DNA of 19,205 nucleotides from a virus (lineage: Duplodnaviria > Heunggongvirae > Uroviricota > Caudoviricetes). Shown here one piece after another: positions 15,573-19,205 of the stretch; positions within the stretch are counted from its first letter, which is position 1, and each line of letters opens with the position of its first letter. A program made the translations under genes and the position numbers. A model generated the notes under the pieces. That model was not told where the DNA came from. It made no database searches and was given only the letters and a program-made list of their open reading frames with translations. The stretch is from IMG/VR virus record IMGVR_UViG_2675903324_000004; one strand, written 5' to 3'.

Positions 15573-16012
15573 ACTTTGCCCTCAGACTGGCGCGTGAGAT
15601 GGGGAGACCCGACTGGCGCGCCATGCTTGCCGGGATGACATCCACCGAATATGCCGACTGGCGACGTTTTTACCGCACGCATTATTTTCACGATACCCAG
15701 CTGGATATGCATTTTTCCGGGCTGACGTACGCCGTACTCAGCCTGTTTTTATACGATCCGGATATGCATCCCTCGGATTTCAGTCTGCTTGTCCCCCGGC
15801 GTGAGGAAGCGCAGACGGAGAGGCCGGATGAGGAAGACATGCTGATGCAGAAAGCGGCAGGACTTGCCGGAGGCGTCCGGTTCGGCGGGGAGGGCGGGGG
15901 CGATATTTCACCTTCTGCGGATGTGGTGGATGTCAGCGAGGATGATGTCGCATTAATGATGGCTTCTGCGGGGATTTCCGGAGGTGTGAGATATGTCCCA
16001 GCCGGTTGGTGA
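15141..16012 (+). CDS. G-T: tail assembly chaperone fusion protein G-T, produced by -1 frameshift at 15548-15554
   Basis: G frame to the slippery site, then the -1 frame (track ORF 15599-16012 plus its upstream open extension). The T-region sequence is similar to lambda gpT (GRPDWRAMLAGM.STEYADW.RFY.THYFHD…LDMHFSGLTY.VLSLF). Confidence 0.8.
15548..15554 (+). promoter_or_regulatory. programmed -1 ribosomal frameshift slippery heptamer G GGA AAG (G -> G-T fusion)
   Basis: The heptamer GGGAAAG sits in the correct phase of the G frame (GGA = codon 15549-15551). The -1 frame is open from here to 16012 and encodes …GKVFDGELNFALRLAREMGRPDW…, matching the lambda gpT region. Confidence 0.85.
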
Positions 16013-18566
16013 TCTTGTTATTGACCTGAGTCTGGATGCGGTCCGTTTCGATGAGCAGATGACCCGCGTAAGGCGTCATTTTTCAGGACTGGAGACTGAC
16101 GCCAGAAAAACCGCCAGTGCTGTTGAGCAGGGGCTGAGCCGTCAGGCGCTGGCTGCACAAAAAGCCGGGATGTCCGTCGGGCAGTATAAAGCGGCCATGC
16201 GAACCCTGCCTGCACAGTTTACGGATATCGCCACGCAGCTTGCCGGTGGTCAGAATCCCTGGCTGATCCTGCTGCAACAGGGCGGTCAGGTGAAGGACTC
16301 CTTCGGCGGGATGATCCCCATGTTCAGGGGGCTCGCCGGTGCGATCACCCTGCCGATGGTCGGGGTCACCTCGCTGGCGGTGGCGACAGGTGCGCTGGTG
16401 TACGCCTGGTACCAGGGAGATTCCACGCTTTCAGCGTTTAATAAAACCCTGGTTCTTTCCGGTAATCAGTCCGGACTGACTGCCGATCGTATGCTGACTC
16501 TCTCAAGAGCCGGGCAGGCAGCAGGGCTGACGTTTAACCAGGCGAGAGAGTCACTGGCAGCCCTGGTGAATGCCGGTGTGCGTGGTGGTGAACAGTTTGA
16601 TGCCATCAACCAGAGTGTCGCGCGTTTTGCGTCTGCATCCGGTGTGGAGGTGGATAAAGTCGCTGAAGCCTTCGGGAAGCTGACCACTGACCCGACGTCG
16701 GGACTGATGGCGATGGCGCGCCAGTTCCGTAACGTGACGGCAGAGCAGATTGCGTATGTTGCACAGCTGCAGCGTTCCGGAGACGAGGCCGGGGCATTGC
16801 AGGCGGCGAACGATATCGCCACGAAAGGCTTTGATGAGCAGACCCGTCGCCTGAAAGAAAACATGGGAACACTGGAGACCTGGGCGGATAAAACAGGGAA
16901 GGCATTCAAATCGATGTGGGATGCCATTCTGGATATCGGTCGTCCTGAATCCTCAGCGGATATGCTCGCCAGTGCGCAGAAGGCATTTGATGAGGCGGAT
17001 AAAAAATGGCAGTGGTACCAGAGCCGGAGCCAGCGCCGGGGAAAGACCTCCTCTTTTCGTGCGAACCTTCAGGGGGCATGGGATGACCGGGAAAATGCCC
17101 GTCTGGGTCTGGCAGCGGCCACGCTGCAGTCGGATATGGAAAAAGCCGGTGAACTGGCGGCAAGGGACCGGGCTGAGCGTTAGGCGTCACAGCTGAAGTA
17201 TACCGGAGAGGCGCAGAAGGCGTATGAGCGCCTGCAGACGCCGCTGGATAAATATACCGCCCGTCAGAAAGAGCTGAATAAGGCCCTGAAAGACGGAAAA
17301 ATCCTGCAGGCGGATTACAACACGCTGATGGCGTCGGCAAAAAAGGATTATGAATCGACGCTGAAAAAGCCGTCAGGTGTGAAGGTGTCTGCCGGTGAGC
17401 GCCAGGAAGACCGGGCGCATGCAGCCATGCTGGCGCTTGAAACCGAGCTCAGGACGCTGGAAAAACACAGCGGTGTGAATGAGAAAATCAGCCAGCAGCG
17501 CCGGGATTTATGGGAAGCGGAAAATCAGTATGTGGTCCTGAAAGAGGCCGCCACGAAACGGCAGTTATCTGAGCAGGAAAAATCCCTGCTGGCTCATGAG
17601 AAAGAAACGCTGGAGTACAAACGCCAGCTGGCTGAGCTGGGTGACAAGGTTGAATACCAGAAACGGCTGAATGAGCTGGCACAGCAGGCGGCACGGTTTG
17701 AAGAGCAGCAGAGCGCGAAGCAGGCCGCCATCAGCGCAAAAGCCCGTGGTCTCACTGACCGTCAGGCGCAGCGGGAGTCTGAAGAGCAGCGTCTTCGTGA
17801 CGTGTATGGCGATAATCCGCAGGCGCTGGCCCGGGTCACCGGGGCACTGAAACAGACATGGGCGGATGAAGACATGCTGCGCGGTGACTGGCTGGCCGGT
17901 CTGAAGTCCGGCTGGGGTGAGTGGACGGAAAGTGCGACGGACAGTTTTTCGCAGGTTAAAAGTGCTGCCACGCAGACCTTTGACGGTATTGCACAGAATA
18001 TGACGGCGATGCTGACCGGTGCAGAGGCAGACTGGCGGGGATTCACCCGTTCGGTGCTGTCCATGATGACAGAAATCCTGCTTAAACAGGCCATGGTGGG
18101 CATTGTCGGGCGTATCGGCAGCGCCATTGGTGGTGCTTTCGGTGGTGGGGCGTCTGCCTCCACGGGGACGGCCATTGAGGCTGCGGCGGCGAACTTTCAT
18201 TTTGCGACCGGCGGATTTACGGGCACGGGCGGCAAATATGAGCCTGCGGGGATAGTTCACCGCGGGGAGTTTGTCTTCACGAAGGAGGCAACCAGCCGGA
18301 TAGGCGTGGGGAATCTTTACCGTCTGATGCGCGGCTATGCGGAAGGGGGTTATGTGGGTGGTGCCGGAAGTCCGGCGCAGATGCGGCGGGCGGAAGGTAT
18401 TAATTTTAATCAGAACAATCACGTGGTGATTCAGAACGACGGTATCAACGGACAGGCGGGGCCGCAGCTGATGAAGGCGGTGTATGACATGGCCCGCAAG
18501 GGGGCGCAGGATGAACTCCGGCTGCAGTTGCGTGATGGCGGTATGTTATCAGGGAGCGGGCGATGA
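15993..18566 (+). pseudogene. H: tail tape measure protein (gpH homolog) interrupted by a single in-frame TAG at 17181-17183
   Basis: Track ORFs 15993-17183 and 17328-18566 are in the same frame (both coordinates ≡ 0 mod 3), and the 144 nt between them are open in that frame. The translation is collinear with lambda gpH across the junction (…LKYTGEAQKAYERLQTPLDKYTARQKELNKALKDGKILQADYNTLMASAKKDYESTLKK). The only interruption is the TAG at 17181-17183. ATG 15993 has SD GGAGG. Confidence 0.85.
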
Positions 18567-18892
18567 AAACCTTTCGCTGGAAAGTGAAGCCGGATATGGA
18601 GGTGAACTCGCAGCCATCGGTGCGTGAAGTGCGTTTTGGTGACGGGTACTCACAGCGTATGGCGGCAGGGCTGAATGCTGACCTGAAAACATACCGGGTG
18701 ATGCTTTCCGTGAGCCGGGAGGAGGCCCGGCATCTGGAAGCGTTCCTGGCAGAGCACGGGGGCTGGAAGGCATTTTTGTGGAAGCCACCCTATGCATACC
18801 GGCAGATAAAGGTGACCTGTGCCGGGTGGTCTGCGCGGGTCGGGATGTTGCGCGTTGAGTTCAGCGCGGAGTTTAAGCAGGTGGTGAACTGA
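18563..18892 (+). CDS. M: minor tail protein (gpM homolog)
   Basis: 109 aa, similar to lambda M (MKTFRWKVKP.M.V…VR.VRFGDGYSQR…FLWTPPY…RQIKVTCA.WS.RV.MLRVEFSAEF.QVVN). ATGA overlap with the H stop. Confidence 0.9.
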   Translation: MKTFRWKVKPDMEVNSQPSVREVRFGDGYSQRMAAGLNADLKTYRVMLSVSREEARHLEAFLAEHGGWKAFLWKPPYAYRQIKVTCAGWSARVGMLRVEFSAEFKQVVN

Positions 18893-19205
18893 TGCAGGAT
18901 ATTCACGAAGCAAGCCTGAACGAGTCGGTTAAATCAGAGCAGTCACCGCGGGTGGTGCTCTGGGAAATCGACCTGACGGTGCAGGGCGGTGAGCGGTATT
19001 TTTTCTGCAATGAGCTGAATGAAAAAGGGGAGCCGGTGACCTGGCAGGGGCGTGAATATCAGGCGTACCCGATTGAGGGGAGTGGCTTTGAGATGAACGG
19101 AAAGGGCAGCAGTGCCCGCCCGTCGCTGACGGTGTCCAATCTTTTCGGCCTTGTCACCGGGATGGCGGAGGATTTGCAGAGCCTGGTGGGGGCCACGGTG
19201 GTCCG
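18892..19205 (+). CDS. L: minor tail protein (gpL homolog), 3'-truncated by the window edge
   Basis: ATG 18892 overlaps the M stop (TGATG). The product, MQDIHEASLNE…VVLWEIDLT.QGGERYFFCNE.NEKGEPVTWQGR.YQ.YPI.GSGFE.NGKG…, is similar to the lambda L N-terminus. The ORF runs off the end of the window. Confidence 0.9.
   Translation, partial: MQDIHEASLNESVKSEQSPRVVLWEIDLTVQGGERYFFCNELNEKGEPVTWQGREYQAYPIEGSGFEMNGKGSSARPSLTVSNLFGLVTGMAEDLQSLVGATVV

Noticed and set aside
14468-15712. 414-aa minus-strand ORF antisense to V/G/T
   Set aside because: Arg/Cys/His-rich junk-like composition, fully overlapped by well-supported + strand tail genes.
17565-18422. 285-aa minus-strand ORF inside the 3' half of H, plus 16906-17340 (-) spanning the amber site
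   Set aside because: Antisense shadow ORFs. They do not explain the H interruption, since the + frame is collinear with lambda gpH on both sides.
1-19205. CRISPR arrays, tRNA/rRNA genes, IS elements, integrase or attachment site
   Set aside because: No spacer-repeat arrays, no cloverleaf-capable conserved tRNA motifs, and no transposase or integrase-like ORFs were seen. The prophage ends are presumably outside this window.

Overview
This window is a lambda-like, cos-packaging siphovirus prophage segment, almost entirely on the + strand. It runs from the distal late lysis/accessory region, across a cohesive-end site whose 12-nt cosN core (5230-5241) matches lambda as I recall it, into the head and tail morphogenesis operon in lambda order: Nu1, A, W, B, C/Nu3, D, E, FI, FII, Z, U, V, G/G-T (GGGAAAG -1 frameshift site), H, M and L (3' partial). 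Upstream of cos lie a lower-GC convergent gene pair of unknown function (50-1222), a SAR-type GH24 endolysin, an antirepressor-like gene plus a 49-aa membrane ORF wedged between the endolysin and the Rz/Rz1 spanins, a KilA-N gene, a small basic protein and a small accessory gene. Two genes carry a single in-frame TAG codon each: the tape measure gene H (17181-17183) and the small accessory gene (4624-4626). No holin, rRNA, tRNA, CRISPR array or IS element was seen. The best candidates for undescribed biology are the unknown 50-1222 gene pair and the repeated hairpin elements at 4273-4309 and 4873-4913. All homology calls rest on my recollection of lambda and related prophage proteins and on reading the sequence; nothing was database-verified.
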